Assembly (NCBI GenBank): GCA_026391075.1
Contig: JAPLES010000023.1
Span: forward strand, 53,574 to 117,573
DNA: 64,000 bases
Direction: 5' to 3'
DNA from: Bacteroidota bacterium
GTDB lineage: Bacteria; Bacteroidota; Bacteroidia; Chitinophagales; LD1
Below are positions 18,506-29,260 of this stretch, in pieces. Numbering within the stretch: the first letter of the stretch is position 1; every line of letters begins with the position of its first letter. Below the pieces are notes generated by a model. The model saw only the letters and a program-made list of their open reading frames with translations, had not been told where the DNA came from and searched no databases. A program made the position numbers and the translations under genes.

Positions 18506-21211
18506 ATGACCAGTTATAGTTTCCTATCCAATGCTACTCCCGAATACATAGAAAACTTGTATCGCGATTTTAAATCGAATCCCGATTCAGTAGATATTGA
18601 ATTCAAAAAGTTCTTCGAAGGATTCGATTTTGCTTCTGCTAACACCAATGGAAAAGTCGTAGGTGTTTCACTAGATGAAATAAAAGTGTTTCGTTTGATT
18701 GAGGCTTATCGCGTAAAAGGACATTTGATTGCACGAACCAATCCTTTAAAACCACGCAAAGACCGTCACGCTAATCTTGCAGTTGAAAATTTTGGATTGA
18801 GTGAAAAGGATTTAGAAAAAAAGTTTTTAATAGGAAGCGAAATAGGTTTGCCGGATGCAACGCTGAACGAAATTCTTACAAAGCTGCAAGCCGTTTATTG
18901 CGGTTCGCTTGGCTTTGAAATAGGTTATGTGCGCGATAAAACAGAAGCTGATTTTTTTAGAAGCAAGATTGAATCTGTTGAAAAAGTAGTTGACTATTCT
19001 ATTGAGAAGAAGGAGCAAATTTTGCGCTCGTTGAATAGGGCTGTAGTTTTTGAAAAATTCCTAGGCACAAAATATATTGGTGAAAAAAGATTTTCGCTCG
19101 AAGGCGGTGAAACCACTATACCTGCGCTTGATGCTATCATAAGAACCGCAGCAGGTTTGTCTGTTGAAGAGGTGGTGATAGGTATGGCGCATCGCGGAAG
19201 GTTAAATGTATTGGCAAACATTATGGGCAAAACCTATGAGGAAATTTTCAATGAGTTTGAGGGAAACGTGCAAGTTGATTTGACGATGGGCGATGGCGAT
19301 GTAAAATATCATCTCGGGTTTTCATCGCAATATCCTATTGACGAAAAAAAATCTGTCTATCTCCAGCTCATGCCCAATCCTTCGCATCTCGAAGCTGTGA
19401 ATCCAATTGTTTCGGGATTTGCTAGAGCTAAGGCAGATGCTATTTACAAAAGCGATTTCGATAAAATTTTACCGGTACTTATTCATGGCGATGCAGCAGT
19501 TGCAGGTCAAGGAATTGTTTATGAAGTTTTACAAATGGCAAAGCTTGATGGTTATTATTCCGGAGGCACCATTCATTTTGTAATCAATAATCAAATTGGA
19601 TTTACTACAGATTTTGATGAGGCGCGCTCTTCAGATTATTCTACTTCAATTGCTGCTACCATTGAAGCTCCGGTTATTCATGTGAATGGCGATGATATTG
19701 AGGCTACTGTTTTTGCGGCTGAATTAGCGGCTGAGTACAGACAAAAATTCAACAAGGATATTTTTATCGACATGGTATGTTACCGCAGATGGGGTCACAA
19801 CGAAAGTGATGACCCGAAGTTTACCCAACCGGTGATGTATAAACTGATTGAGAAGCATGCGAACCCTCGCGATGTTTATTCGCAAAAATTAGAAAGCGAG
19901 GGAAGTGTTCACGCAGAAATGGTGAAGCGTTTGGAAAAGGAATTCTGGGGCGATTTGCAAGGAAGGTTAGATGCTGTGAAACAACATCCGTTGCCGTATA
20001 AAGCACAGAAAACAGAATTAGCTTGGCAAAAGTTGCATCAGGCAAGCATTGATGAATTTTTTGATTCACCCGAAACTTTTGTGTCAAAAGAAAAAGTAGA
20101 AACGCTAATAGAAGGACTTAATAAAATTCCCGATGGTTTTGTGCCGTTGAAAAAAGTAGCGAAATATTTAGGCGATCGCAATAAGTTGATGCGTGATGAA
20201 AGAAAGATTGACTGGGCGGCTGCGGAGTTGATGGCGTACGGTTCTATTCTTTTGGATGGAAAGGATATACGCTTAAGCGGTGAAGATGTTAAACGCGGAA
20301 CATTCACACATCGCCATGCAGTTATTAGTGATGAAAATACGGATAAGGAATATTGCCGCTTATGCAACTTGGCAAAAAAGCAAGGTCGATTCTTCATTTA
20401 CAACTCGCATTTGAGTGAGTATGGTGTGCTTGGTTTTGAATATGGCTATTCGCTACCTTCACCAGAACCATTGGTAATTTGGGAAGCGCAGTTTGGTGAT
20501 TTTGTTAACGGTGCGCAAATCATTATTGACCAGTTTATTTCCAGTGGTGAAAGCAAATGGCAACGCAGTTCTGGAATTGTGTTGTTGCTGCCGCATGGTT
20601 ACGAAGGGCAGGGACCAGAGCACTCTTCCGCACGTTTGGAAAGATTTTTGCAACAGTGTGCCGAAATGAATATGGTGGTGGTCAACATTACTGATCCTGC
20701 AAATTATTTTCACGCCTTGCGCAGACAACTCGTATGGAACTTCCGCAAACCATTGGTTGTGATGAGCCCGAAAAGTTTGTTACGCCATCCGCGCTGTGTT
20801 TCGCCTATTGAAAATGTAACGAAAGGAAAGTTTGAGGAATTGATTGTGGATGAAGTGAAGAGTAAATCGGTTCGAAAAATCATTTTCTGCTCCGGTAAAA
20901 TTTATTTCGATTTGCTTGAACGCAAAGAGCACGATAAGCATGATGATGTAATTTTGGCGCGGGTGGAACAACTCTATCCAACACCACAAGACAAAATGAT
21001 TTCACTCACCAAAAAATATCCGAAGGCAGAAGTGTTATGGGTACAGGAAGAATCAGAAAACATGGGGGCTTGGTATTTTATTCACGCACGCTTGCATGAG
21101 AAATTGCACATACGCGGTATTGCGCGCAAAAACTCTGCTTCGCCAGCAACAGGATTTAAGAAAGTGCATTTAGAAGAACAGGAAACAATTTTACAGCGCG
21201 CGTTCGCCTAA
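18506..21211 (+). CDS. sucA: 2-oxoglutarate dehydrogenase E1
   Basis: GMAHRGRLN, HGDAAVAGQG, WEAQFGDF, LPHGYEGQGPEHSSAR. Confidence 0.98.
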   Translation: MTSYSFLSNATPEYIENLYRDFKSNPDSVDIEFKKFFEGFDFASANTNGKVVGVSLDEIKVFRLIEAYRVKGHLIARTNPLKPRKDRHANLAVENFGLSEKDLEKKFLIGSEIGLPDATLNEILTKLQAVYCGSLGFEIGYVRDKTEADFFRSKIESVEKVVDYSIEKKEQILRSLNRAVVFEKFLGTKYIGEKRFSLEGGETTIPALDAIIRTAAGLSVEEVVIGMAHRGRLNVLANIMGKTYEEIFNEFEGNVQVDLTMGDGDVKYHLGFSSQYPIDEKKSVYLQLMPNPSHLEAVNPIVSGFARAKADAIYKSDFDKILPVLIHGDAAVAGQGIVYEVLQMAKLDGYYSGGTIHFVINNQIGFTTDFDEARSSDYSTSIAATIEAPVIHVNGDDIEATVFAAELAAEYRQKFNKDIFIDMVCYRRWGHNESDDPKFTQPVMYKLIEKHANPRDVYSQKLESEGSVHAEMVKRLEKEFWGDLQGRLDAVKQHPLPYKAQKTELAWQKLHQASIDEFFDSPETFVSKEKVETLIEGLNKIPDGFVPLKKVAKYLGDRNKLMRDERKIDWAAAELMAYGSILLDGKDIRLSGEDVKRGTFTHRHAVISDENTDKEYCRLCNLAKKQGRFFIYNSHLSEYGVLGFEYGYSLPSPEPLVIWEAQFGDFVNGAQIIIDQFISSGESKWQRSSGIVLLLPHGYEGQGPEHSSARLERFLQQCAEMNMVVVNITDPANYFHALRRQLVWNFRKPLVVMSPKSLLRHPRCVSPIENVTKGKFEELIVDEVKSKSVRKIIFCSGKIYFDLLERKEHDKHDDVILARVEQLYPTPQDKMISLTKKYPKAEVLWVQEESENMGAWYFIHARLHEKLHIRGIARKNSASPATGFKKVHLEEQETILQRAFA

Positions 21212-21242
21212 TGAATTCATTTAACTACTTTAATATTGCATT

Positions 21243-22472
21243 ATGACCGAACTTAAAGTCCCTTCCATTGCCGAATCAATTACCGAAGTAACCCTCTCCC
21301 GGTTTTTAGTGAAAGATGGAGATTACGTGGAACTCGACCAGCCCATTTGTGAATTAGAAACAGATAAAGCATCGCAGGAAATTCCTTCACCTATTGCCGG
21401 GGTGGTAAAGTTTGTAGCTAAAGAAGGTGATGATTTAAAAGTGGGCGCGGTGATTTGTTTGATAGATGAAACGAAAAAGTCCGAAGCCCGAAGTCCGAAG
21501 TCCGAAGAAAAAAAATCGGTGGTAAATATTCAGCAGGTAGCTGAAAAGAAAACTGAAATTGCAACAACTAACGATAAGCAACAAACAAGCAACGCGCATG
21601 TTACACCGGTGGCTAAAAAGATTTTAGAAGAAGGTGCGGTGAAAATTACCGAAGTGAAAGGCAGCGGAGCAGGTGGAAAGATTACCAAGGAAGATGCACT
21701 AAAAGCGGTTCGTGCAAAAGCGGGATTGCCGGCACGCGAAGCATTCGGTCGTAATGAGCGTAGAGAAAAAATGAGCCGACTGCGCAAGACCATTGCAGAA
21801 CGTTTGGTTTGCTCAAAGAACTCTACCGCCATGCTCACCACTTTCAACGAAGTGGACATGACGGCTATCAATAAGATTCGCGAGAAGTATGGCGATGCCT
21901 TCAAGAAGAAGAATGAAGTATCACTCGGCTTGATGAGCTTTTTTGCAAAAGCAGTTTGCAATGCATTGGAGAAATTCCCTGCGGTGAACTCTTCCATTGA
22001 AGAAAACGAAATTGTGTATCACGACTATGTCGATATTTCAATTGCGGTTTCTACGCCCAAAGGTTTGGTAGTGCCTGTGATTAGAAATGCCGAATCGCTT
22101 TCGTTAGTTGATATTGAAAAGAAAGTGAAGGAACTCGCCATTAAAGGCCGCGATGGTTTACTGACGATGGAAGATATGACCGGTGGAACGTTTACTATTT
22201 CGAATGGTGGTGTGTTTGGTTCATTGATGTCCACGCCCATAATCAATCCTCCGCAAACGGCCATACTTGGTATGCATAAAGTGCAGGATAGACCAGTGGT
22301 AATTGATGGGCAGATTGTAGCACGTCCTATGATGTATGTGGCGCTTTCTTACGACCACCGCATTATTGACGGCAAAGAATCGGTGAGTTTTTTAGTTGCA
22401 GTCAAAGACTTTTTAGAAAACCCATACAAACTTTTATTAGGTGCCGACCCTGTGGAGTTGTTGTTGGACTAA
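21243..22472 (+). CDS. sucB: 2-oxoglutarate dehydrogenase E2 (dihydrolipoamide succinyltransferase)
   Basis: Lipoyl ETDKA, E3-binding [20 protein letters not shown]. Confidence 0.97.
   Translation: MTELKVPSIAESITEVTLSRFLVKDGDYVELDQPICELETDKASQEIPSPIAGVVKFVAKEGDDLKVGAVICLIDETKKSEARSPKSEEKKSVVNIQQVAEKKTEIATTNDKQQTSNAHVTPVAKKILEEGAVKITEVKGSGAGGKITKEDALKAVRAKAGLPAREAFGRNERREKMSRLRKTIAERLVCSKNSTAMLTTFNEVDMTAINKIREKYGDAFKKKNEVSLGLMSFFAKAVCNALEKFPAVNSSIEENEIVYHDYVDISIAVSTPKGLVVPVIRNAESLSLVDIEKKVKELAIKGRDGLLTMEDMTGGTFTISNGGVFGSLMSTPIINPPQTAILGMHKVQDRPVVIDGQIVARPMMYVALSYDHRIIDGKESVSFLVAVKDFLENPYKLLLGADPVELLLD
21477..21507 (+). repeat. heptamer tandem repeat inside the sucB linker
   Basis: AAGTCCG AAGCCCG AAGTCCG AAGTCCG AAG, translated [10 protein letters not shown]. 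Confidence 0.8.
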
Positions 22473-22478
22473 GAAAAA

Positions 22479-24371
22479 TTAGGCAGCCTCTATCAACTCT
22501 TCAATAGCTTCTACTTCATCCTTATCGAAACGAAGATTTTCAATGATGAACTTCTGACGGTCTTCGGTGTTTTTACCCATGTAGTATTCGAGTAGCTTTT
22601 CAATTTTTATTTTGTCTTCCATTATCACAGGGCTTACGCGCATATCTTCGCCAATAAAACCATCAAACTCTTCGGGCGAAATTTCACCTAATCCTTTAAA
22701 GCGTGTGATCTCCGGATTTCCTTTCAACTCTTTTACAGCCGCGCGTTTCTCCTCTTCGTTATAGCAGTAAATTGTTTTCTGCTTGTTGCGCACACGGAAC
22801 AATGGAGTCTCTAAAATTTTAACGTGACCGTTACGAACCGTATCAGGAAAAAATTGCAAAAAGAAAGTAAGCAAGAGCAAACGAATGTGCATTCCATCTA
22901 CATCGGCATCGGTAGCTATTACAATGTTGTGATACCGCAAATCGTCCATCGAATCTTCAATGTTGAGCGCGTGTTGAAGCAAGTTGAATTCTTCATTTTC
23001 ATAAACTACTTTCTTGGTCATGCCGAAACTATTCAACGGTTTACCACGCAGTGAAAACACCGCCTGCAAATCGGGATTGCGCGATTTTGTCAACGAGCCA
23101 CTCGCAGAATCTCCTTCGGTAATAAAGAGCGTAGTACGCAGTTTTTGTTCATCTTCTATTTTGCCTCCATCATTTAAATGATGCCGGCAATCGCGCAATT
23201 TTTTGTTGTGAATGTTTGCCTTCTTGGCGCGTTCGTTTGCCAGTTTTTTAATGCCAGCAATTTCTTTTCGCTCGCGTTCGCTCTGCAAAATTCTTTTTAG
23301 CAAGGCTTCGGCAGTAGCTGAATTTTTATGCAAAAAATTATCCAAATGCTCTTTCACAAAATCTCCTACAAACTGTTTCATGGTGCGTTCTTCGCCATGA
23401 AGTTTATCGGTGCCTAATCGCGTTTTTGTTTGCGATTCAAAAACAGGTTCCTGAATACGAACCGAGATGGCCGCAGCAATTGCTTCGCGAATATCTACCG
23501 TATCAAAATCCTTTTTGTAAAACTCGCGCACGGTTTTCACCACCGCCTCGCGAAAAGCTTGCAAGTGCGTTCCTCCTAAAATGGTGTACTGTCCGTTTAC
23601 AAAGCTGTAATACTCCTCACCATAATGATGATTGTGTGTCATGGCAATTTCAAGGTCTTCACCCATCAAGTGAATGATAGGGTAGCAAAGACCTTCCACA
23701 TCTTTTTTGCGTGAAAGCAAATCGTGCAACCCGTTTTGCGAAATATATTTCTGTCCGTTGTAGTAGAAGGCTAGCCCGGTGTTGAGGTAGGTATAATTCT
23801 GCACCATCTGCTCTACATACTCATGCAGATAATGGTAGTTTTTAAAAATTTTATTGTCGGGCAAAAACTCGATGTATGTTCCGTTTGGCTCATCAGTCTT
23901 TTCCAGCTTGTGGTCTTTGACAAGTTTTCCGCATTCAAAATCGGCAGTTTTCATTTGTCCTTCGCGCACTGCCGATGCTTTAAAAAATGCAGAAAGCGCG
24001 TTCACCGCTTTTGTTCCCACACCATTCAATCCCACAGATTTTTTAAACGCCTTTGAATCAAATTTTGCTCCGGTGTTTACCTGGCTAACACAATCCACTA
24101 ATTTGCCCAATGGAATTCCGCGACCGTAATCGCGCACTGTTACTTTTTCTTTAGTAACAGTGATGTCAACTTTTTTGCCGTAACCCATTTGGTATTCGTC
24201 AATGCAGTTATCAATCACCTCTTTCAGCAAAATATAAATACCATCATCCATTGACGAGCCATCGCCCGTTTTACCTATGTACATTCCCGGTCGAATGCGG
24301 ATGTGCTCTAACCAGTCAAGGGTTTTTACTTCGTCTTCGGTATAGCGCGCTTCTACTATTTCTTTTGCCAT
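22479..24371 (-). CDS. parE: DNA topoisomerase IV subunit B
   Basis: [43 protein letters not shown]; Bacteroidota ParE-type wording. Confidence 0.92.
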   Translation of the reverse strand: MAKEIVEARYTEDEVKTLDWLEHIRIRPGMYIGKTGDGSSMDDGIYILLKEVIDNCIDEYQMGYGKKVDITVTKEKVTVRDYGRGIPLGKLVDCVSQVNTGAKFDSKAFKKSVGLNGVGTKAVNALSAFFKASAVREGQMKTADFECGKLVKDHKLEKTDEPNGTYIEFLPDNKIFKNYHYLHEYVEQMVQNYTYLNTGLAFYYNGQKYISQNGLHDLLSRKKDVEGLCYPIIHLMGEDLEIAMTHNHHYGEEYYSFVNGQYTILGGTHLQAFREAVVKTVREFYKKDFDTVDIREAIAAAISVRIQEPVFESQTKTRLGTDKLHGEERTMKQFVGDFVKEHLDNFLHKNSATAEALLKRILQSERERKEIAGIKKLANERAKKANIHNKKLRDCRHHLNDGGKIEDEQKLRTTLFITEGDSASGSLTKSRNPDLQAVFSLRGKPLNSFGMTKKVVYENEEFNLLQHALNIEDSMDDLRYHNIVIATDADVDGMHIRLLLLTFFLQFFPDTVRNGHVKILETPLFRVRNKQKTIYCYNEEEKRAAVKELKGNPEITRFKGLGEISPEEFDGFIGEDMRVSPVIMEDKIKIEKLLEYYMGKNTEDRQKFIIENLRFDKDEVEAIEELIEAA

Positions 24372-24491
24372 AGTTCCATCTGTTTATTCATTCAAAAAAT
24401 CTTTTCAAAATTAGGAAGGCGCGAATGTAGAATTGCGCTACTAATCAACAAGTGAACTTTGTCGATAAAAAAGAGGACAATGAGAAAATTA

Positions 24492-25628
24492 CTACTTCAC
24501 CATTTTCAATACGCTTTCTACCATGATGTGAAAATCTTCGGGAAGATTATCGTTTCCATCGGGCAAGCAATTTTTTCCAAGCCTTACAATCACTAAATTG
24601 TATTCGGGAATAGTGATGATGAATTGACCCAAGAAACCATTTTGAAAAAATGCTTTGGTGCCATGCGATTTATCGAGCCAAAAGGAATACCCATAAAAAG
24701 AAGAAAGTGCAGGAGTAGTTGCCATTTGCACAAACGATGAATCAAGCAACTGTGTTCCGTTCCAATTGCCGTTATGCAGCATTAATTTTCCAAAGCGCGA
24801 AAATTCTCGCGCACTTGTATTGAAGCAGCAATAAGCGAGTTCTGTTCCCTTTTCATCGGTGTGCCACGTGGCGGTTTGCTTCGCCTGCATAGGTTCCCAT
24901 AACCAATCCGAAGCCAAATCGGCAAGAGATTTACCACTAGCTTGTATTAAGCAAAGAGCAAGTAACTGAGTTGAGCCGCTTTGATAATTATAAAATGTTC
25001 CGGGTGTATCTACAATAGGTAACGAAAGCATCAGCTTGCGCACATCATCTCCATAGTATGCTTTGGCGGTTACCGTCCATGGATTTTTATAATCTTCATC
25101 CCATTCCAAACCCGAACTCATAGTGCTGAGATGCCATAGCTCTAATTCACTGGCATGTTTGCCTTTTAATTCGGGCAAAATTGTTTTCACTTTTTGATGC
25201 CAGCCACTCAAAATATTTTTTTGAATGGCAATTTGCGCAAGCATGGTTGTAATACTCTTTGCCATGGAGAAAGAATTTGTTTGCGCGTCTTCTGCATTGC
25301 GGTCAACATAATGTTCGTGAAGAATACTGTCGTTATGAATAACCAAAAAAGCAACCGTGCCTGTTTTATCTAAAAGCGTTTGCAGCTTTTCGGGCAACGG
25401 CATTTTGTTGCAATTGGCACTAGGCGGAAATTCCCATGTTTCTTTAGCAGCTTCAATATTGTGTGTTTTGAAAAACTTCGCATCGTCAATGGTTGCCGAA
25501 CTTTCACCGTGCAAATAACAAGCCCACAACCCTTTCATCAAATAGTTATCGCCCCTTAGTTTTATGAGTATAAAAAGCGTTGCAAAAACTATTGCAATGC
25601 CCATAAATATTTTTGAAAGTTTTTTCAT
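24492..25628 (-). CDS. serine hydrolase (beta-lactamase/class C family)
   Basis: SFSMAKS (SxxK), YNYQS, FGKLML; start set at MKKLSK. Confidence 0.88.
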   Translation of the reverse strand: MKKLSKIFMGIAIVFATLFILIKLRGDNYLMKGLWACYLHGESSATIDDAKFFKTHNIEAAKETWEFPPSANCNKMPLPEKLQTLLDKTGTVAFLVIHNDSILHEHYVDRNAEDAQTNSFSMAKSITTMLAQIAIQKNILSGWHQKVKTILPELKGKHASELELWHLSTMSSGLEWDEDYKNPWTVTAKAYYGDDVRKLMLSLPIVDTPGTFYNYQSGSTQLLALCLIQASGKSLADLASDWLWEPMQAKQTATWHTDEKGTELAYCCFNTSAREFSRFGKLMLHNGNWNGTQLLDSSFVQMATTPALSSFYGYSFWLDKSHGTKAFFQNGFLGQFIITIPEYNLVIVRLGKNCLPDGNDNLPEDFHIMVESVLKMVK

Positions 25629-25689
25629 GAAGCTAAAATGATGAACAAAATAAGTGAAAGGTGAAGGCAAAAAAACAAATAGGGTTGTA

Positions 25690-25833
25690 CTAATCTTTTG
25701 TTGAATAATAAGCTACAACTGCAATGCCAATCCAGACTAAGCCTTTTGCAAGAAAAAATAAAAACCCTGCAACACCAACTCGCTTGAGCCAGGTTCTCCA
25801 ATTCGATTGCTTAGATTTTTCTTCGGGTTGCAT
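25690..25833 (-). CDS. small single-pass membrane protein (47 aa), not in the ORF track
   Basis: MQPEEKSKQSNWRTWLKRVGVAGFLFFLAKGLVWIGIAVVAYYSTKD*; starts 40 nt after the peroxidase stop on the same strand. Confidence 0.75.
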   Translation of the reverse strand: MQPEEKSKQSNWRTWLKRVGVAGFLFFLAKGLVWIGIAVVAYYSTKD

Positions 25834-25873
25834 GAGGTTTAAAAAGTCAATTGTATCTAAAATTATTTGTAGT

Positions 25874-26983
25874 TTATTGAAAGCCGTCTGTCAAAGTTTT
25901 CAGAAAGGCAACTATGTCATCAATCTCCTGCACTGTCAAATTCAAATTACCAAGTTCTTCTTTGTTAACGTTCTGATTTACTTCAGGTGCTGGAAATTTT
26001 CCCGGTACATCGCGCTCCGAATAAAATCGAGCAGCATCATTCAGGTTGTCGAAATATCCATTGTGGAAATAAGGAGCACTTACTGCTACGTTTCGAAGGC
26101 TAGGAACTTTAAACTGTCCATTCATTAACGAGTTATTTACAATATCCCCTAAACCTAAATCTGGTTGAGCAGAAGTTGCATTAGGGTTATGCGGCAAGCC
26201 CACATTATCATAAGTAAAATCGGTAAACAAAGCAGCACCAAAGTCATTGTCATCATCACTTGGGTGACAATTGGCACATTTACCTTTAGCCGTATCATTA
26301 AACAATTGTAAACCGCGTATTTCCTGTGCCGAAAGTGATGTTTCTCCAGCTAAGTAAGCATCGTATTTACTGCTGAACGGGCTCACTTGTTCGCTTCGTT
26401 CAAATTCTGCTACTGCTTTTGAAATGGCATCGAAAGCGGCAGTGGTATCGGCAAAAATATTTTTGCCAAAAGTGTTTTTAAACAGCGAAGCATAATTTGC
26501 CAGACTCACTTTAGAAACAATTTCTGCAATGCTGCTATTATTCATTTCTAAATGATTCAGCAACGGAAAGCGAACTTGCTCTTCGAGTGTATTTACTCTA
26601 CCGTCAAGAAACAAACCACCAACAAAAGTAGAATCAACATCATCAAAATATCTAACCGGAGAAAAAGACAAGTAGGCTAAAGGCGGAGCATTGCGGTTGG
26701 TAAAACTTCCGCGCACAACACCTTCTGAATATGTTTTTAGTTGCGGGTCGCTGAAACCGGTAGATGGATTATGACAACTAGCACAACTTTGTCCCGCAGG
26801 AGCTGAAAGATTTTTATCAAAGAAAATTTTCTTGCCTATAATCTGAATCTGATTCAAGTCAGCAAGGTTGTGTTCAAAATCGTAAGTGATTGTTTCATTA
26901 TCTCGTTTGTTGCATTGCGCAAGAGCGAGCATTACAAATGCTGTAACAGCAATTACTAAAAATTTATTCTTGAATTTTTTCAT
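25874..26983 (-). CDS. di-heme cytochrome c peroxidase / MauG-family lipoprotein
   Basis: GKKIFFD, CASCH, RNAP, CANCH, FKVPSLRN, APYFHNG, FLKTLTD; lipobox-like LALAQC. Confidence 0.9.
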   Translation of the reverse strand: MKKFKNKFLVIAVTAFVMLALAQCNKRDNETITYDFEHNLADLNQIQIIGKKIFFDKNLSAPAGQSCASCHNPSTGFSDPQLKTYSEGVVRGSFTNRNAPPLAYLSFSPVRYFDDVDSTFVGGLFLDGRVNTLEEQVRFPLLNHLEMNNSSIAEIVSKVSLANYASLFKNTFGKNIFADTTAAFDAISKAVAEFERSEQVSPFSSKYDAYLAGETSLSAQEIRGLQLFNDTAKGKCANCHPSDDDNDFGAALFTDFTYDNVGLPHNPNATSAQPDLGLGDIVNNSLMNGQFKVPSLRNVAVSAPYFHNGYFDNLNDAARFYSERDVPGKFPAPEVNQNVNKEELGNLNLTVQEIDDIVAFLKTLTDGFQ

Positions 26984-26995
26984 GGTATTTCTGTT

Positions 26996-29182
26996 TTAAA
27001 ATTTTGCTCCCAACCCTACATAAAAACTTCTTCTTAATGACGGAATGATTCCCGGACCCGGGTATTCATCAGTGCGCTTAGTGAAATATTTAGTGCCGGT
27101 TACATTGTTAAGCCCTGCTTTTATTTGGAAGCGTTTCAGAAATTTATAAGAGGCCGAAAGGTCTAACACAGTATAGGAAGGAATAAGACCTACTACGGCA
27201 TCATCGCTTTTAACGGTGTTATCAGCATCTGAAAAAGACTTTGATGTATGACTAACCAAAAGTGTTATGGAGAAACCCTGTACAGCGTACGTTGTTCCTA
27301 ATCGATTGATGAAACGCGGTGCGTTCTCTACAAAATTATTTTTGTAGAAACCGTTTACATAACGGGCATCAATAAACGTGAACGAATTGAAGAAGCTAAT
27401 GGTGCCGTATTTAGTAATAGAAGTAAAAGCCTTTACCAGATTTATTTCTACATAAGTTTCTGCACCTGCATGTCGGCTGTTGGCAACGTTTGTTCGATAG
27501 GTGTAAGTATTTCCATTCGCATCTGTTTTCTCCACCAAGCCAATACGATTGTTGTATTGCAAGTAGAATGCGCCAAAGTCGAAACTCAAAAAGTTCTTCA
27601 CTGTTCCTCTGAAGCCTAGGTCTGCATTGAACCCATTTGCATCTTTCATCTTCGGGTCAATTACCGATGTAGTTCCAATTGGAGAAAGTTGCGAATAATC
27701 AGTAGGGCGATACGCCTGTGTTACGTTTCCATAAAGCGAAGTGGTAGGGGTGGTTTTGTATTGCAAGCCAAGTCCTGCTAATGGAATGTAACGATTGGTT
27801 GCCTTATCTGCATTCACCACATAATTATCGTAAACGTTATATCCTTTTGCTGTTGAGTTTACGAACTCAAAACGGAAACCGGGTGTGATAGAGAATTTAT
27901 CAGTCACTCGAAAAATATTTTCTACAAATGGAGCAACGTTAATGGTGGTGAAACTCAAATCGTATTCAAAGCGCGGGTCCATTAAACTCAAATCAAAATC
28001 GCTGCCTGTTGTTCCCAAGCCTCCGCCTTGTCTGTGCATTTTGCCATAGTAGAAACGCGCACCTCCAGCAATAGTATTTTGCGTTTTTTTGATTCTGTAA
28101 TTTGCTGTAACGCGCAATTCGTTTGTTGTGCTTAAGAAAGTTTCCTTCTCCACTTCTCTGTTGCCGTATGTTCCTGTTGCAGGATCAATTTCATCAGGTT
28201 CTTCAGGCCCTCCATCTTCATTTTTCCAAACTAAATAACGAGCACTGGCTAAAAGCGATGAAGTGAAATTGATGGAAATATTTTTGCTGACATTGTATTC
28301 CAACTTAAACGCACCAACATTCCACGGACTCTTTAACCAGTTGCGTGCACGATAAGAAGCTCGAATATTTTCTTCATACTGCGCATCACTAAAACCACCG
28401 GGCATGTGAATACGATTGCGAAGTGCCGAATACTCTAAACTTATTTTTAGCATTTCATTTGGTGTAAATTGAATTTTTCCATAACCTGAAAACTGATTGT
28501 AGTTTGAATTAGGTCGCCAACCGTTGACATGCGTAAATTGAAAGTATCCGTAATAGCTGAACCATTTAATTTTGCCACCAATAGAATTGAACGAATTGAA
28601 CATACCATAGCTTCCGGCTGTTTGTTCTGTAGTAAACTCAAATTTCCTTTCGGGAGAATCACGAATAATGTAATTGATAACTCCGCCAAACTGCGGACCG
28701 AATTGCAAACTGGAAGCACCGCGAATTACTTCAATACGTTGCACCGCTTCAAGGTTCGGCAAGAAATAAGCTTCGGGGTAACCGTAAATATCCGCGGTGA
28801 TATTATAGCCGTTCATGCGCGTATTGGTTTCCATACTTTGCGAAGGATTCAAACCGCGAAAGCCAACACCGTTTGACGGGAAACCGCTTCCTTGAGTTTC
28901 GGAAAACACGGCACCGGGAATTCTTCCCATTACTTGTCGCGGATTATTTAACGCAGTGTTGGCGTCAATACTATCGGTAATTAATACTTCCGTTTTCTTT
29001 CCCGAATAAATAATTCCGTTGCTCACTTCATCTAAGTACCCCATACCCTTAACGGCTTTTACGCTCGTGATGGTCACTTCCGAAAGGTTGATTTTTTTTG
29101 AAACTGTTGTTGAATCCTGGGCTGAAATAAATGAAGTTGCTATGGCTAAATTTAGAAGTATGGCAAGGTATATTTTCTTCAT
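26996..29182 (-). CDS. TonB-dependent receptor (FecA-like)
   Basis: Plug motif VQRIEVIRGASSLQFGPQFGGVIN; C-terminal beta-strand ending in F. Confidence 0.93.
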   Translation of the reverse strand: MKKIYLAILLNLAIATSFISAQDSTTVSKKINLSEVTITSVKAVKGMGYLDEVSNGIIYSGKKTEVLITDSIDANTALNNPRQVMGRIPGAVFSETQGSGFPSNGVGFRGLNPSQSMETNTRMNGYNITADIYGYPEAYFLPNLEAVQRIEVIRGASSLQFGPQFGGVINYIIRDSPERKFEFTTEQTAGSYGMFNSFNSIGGKIKWFSYYGYFQFTHVNGWRPNSNYNQFSGYGKIQFTPNEMLKISLEYSALRNRIHMPGGFSDAQYEENIRASYRARNWLKSPWNVGAFKLEYNVSKNISINFTSSLLASARYLVWKNEDGGPEEPDEIDPATGTYGNREVEKETFLSTTNELRVTANYRIKKTQNTIAGGARFYYGKMHRQGGGLGTTGSDFDLSLMDPRFEYDLSFTTINVAPFVENIFRVTDKFSITPGFRFEFVNSTAKGYNVYDNYVVNADKATNRYIPLAGLGLQYKTTPTTSLYGNVTQAYRPTDYSQLSPIGTTSVIDPKMKDANGFNADLGFRGTVKNFLSFDFGAFYLQYNNRIGLVEKTDANGNTYTYRTNVANSRHAGAETYVEINLVKAFTSITKYGTISFFNSFTFIDARYVNGFYKNNFVENAPRFINRLGTTYAVQGFSITLLVSHTSKSFSDADNTVKSDDAVVGLIPSYTVLDLSASYKFLKRFQIKAGLNNVTGTKYFTKRTDEYPGPGIIPSLRRSFYVGLGAKF

Positions 29183-29187
29183 TTTTG

Positions 29188-29220
29188 TTATTTAGATTGA
29201 TTCTAATTAACGCAAATGTA
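29188..29220 (-). promoter_or_regulatory. Fur-like operator palindrome and -7 promoter box of the receptor operon
   Basis: TTATTTAGATTGATTCTAATTAA (29188-29210, 11-1-11 inverted repeat, 2 mismatched pairs) directly downstream of TACATTTG (29213-29220, minus strand). Confidence 0.65.
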
Positions 29221-29260
29221 GAAAGCGCATCTACTTTTCCAAATTAAATGGAAATGATTT

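Noticed and set aside
22479-24371. parE without an adjacent parC
   Set aside because: Unlinked topoisomerase subunit genes are common and parC may be elsewhere
25724-26128. 134-aa plus-strand ORF
   Set aside because: Lies antisense to the peroxidase and the 47-aa peptide and has no recognisable motif
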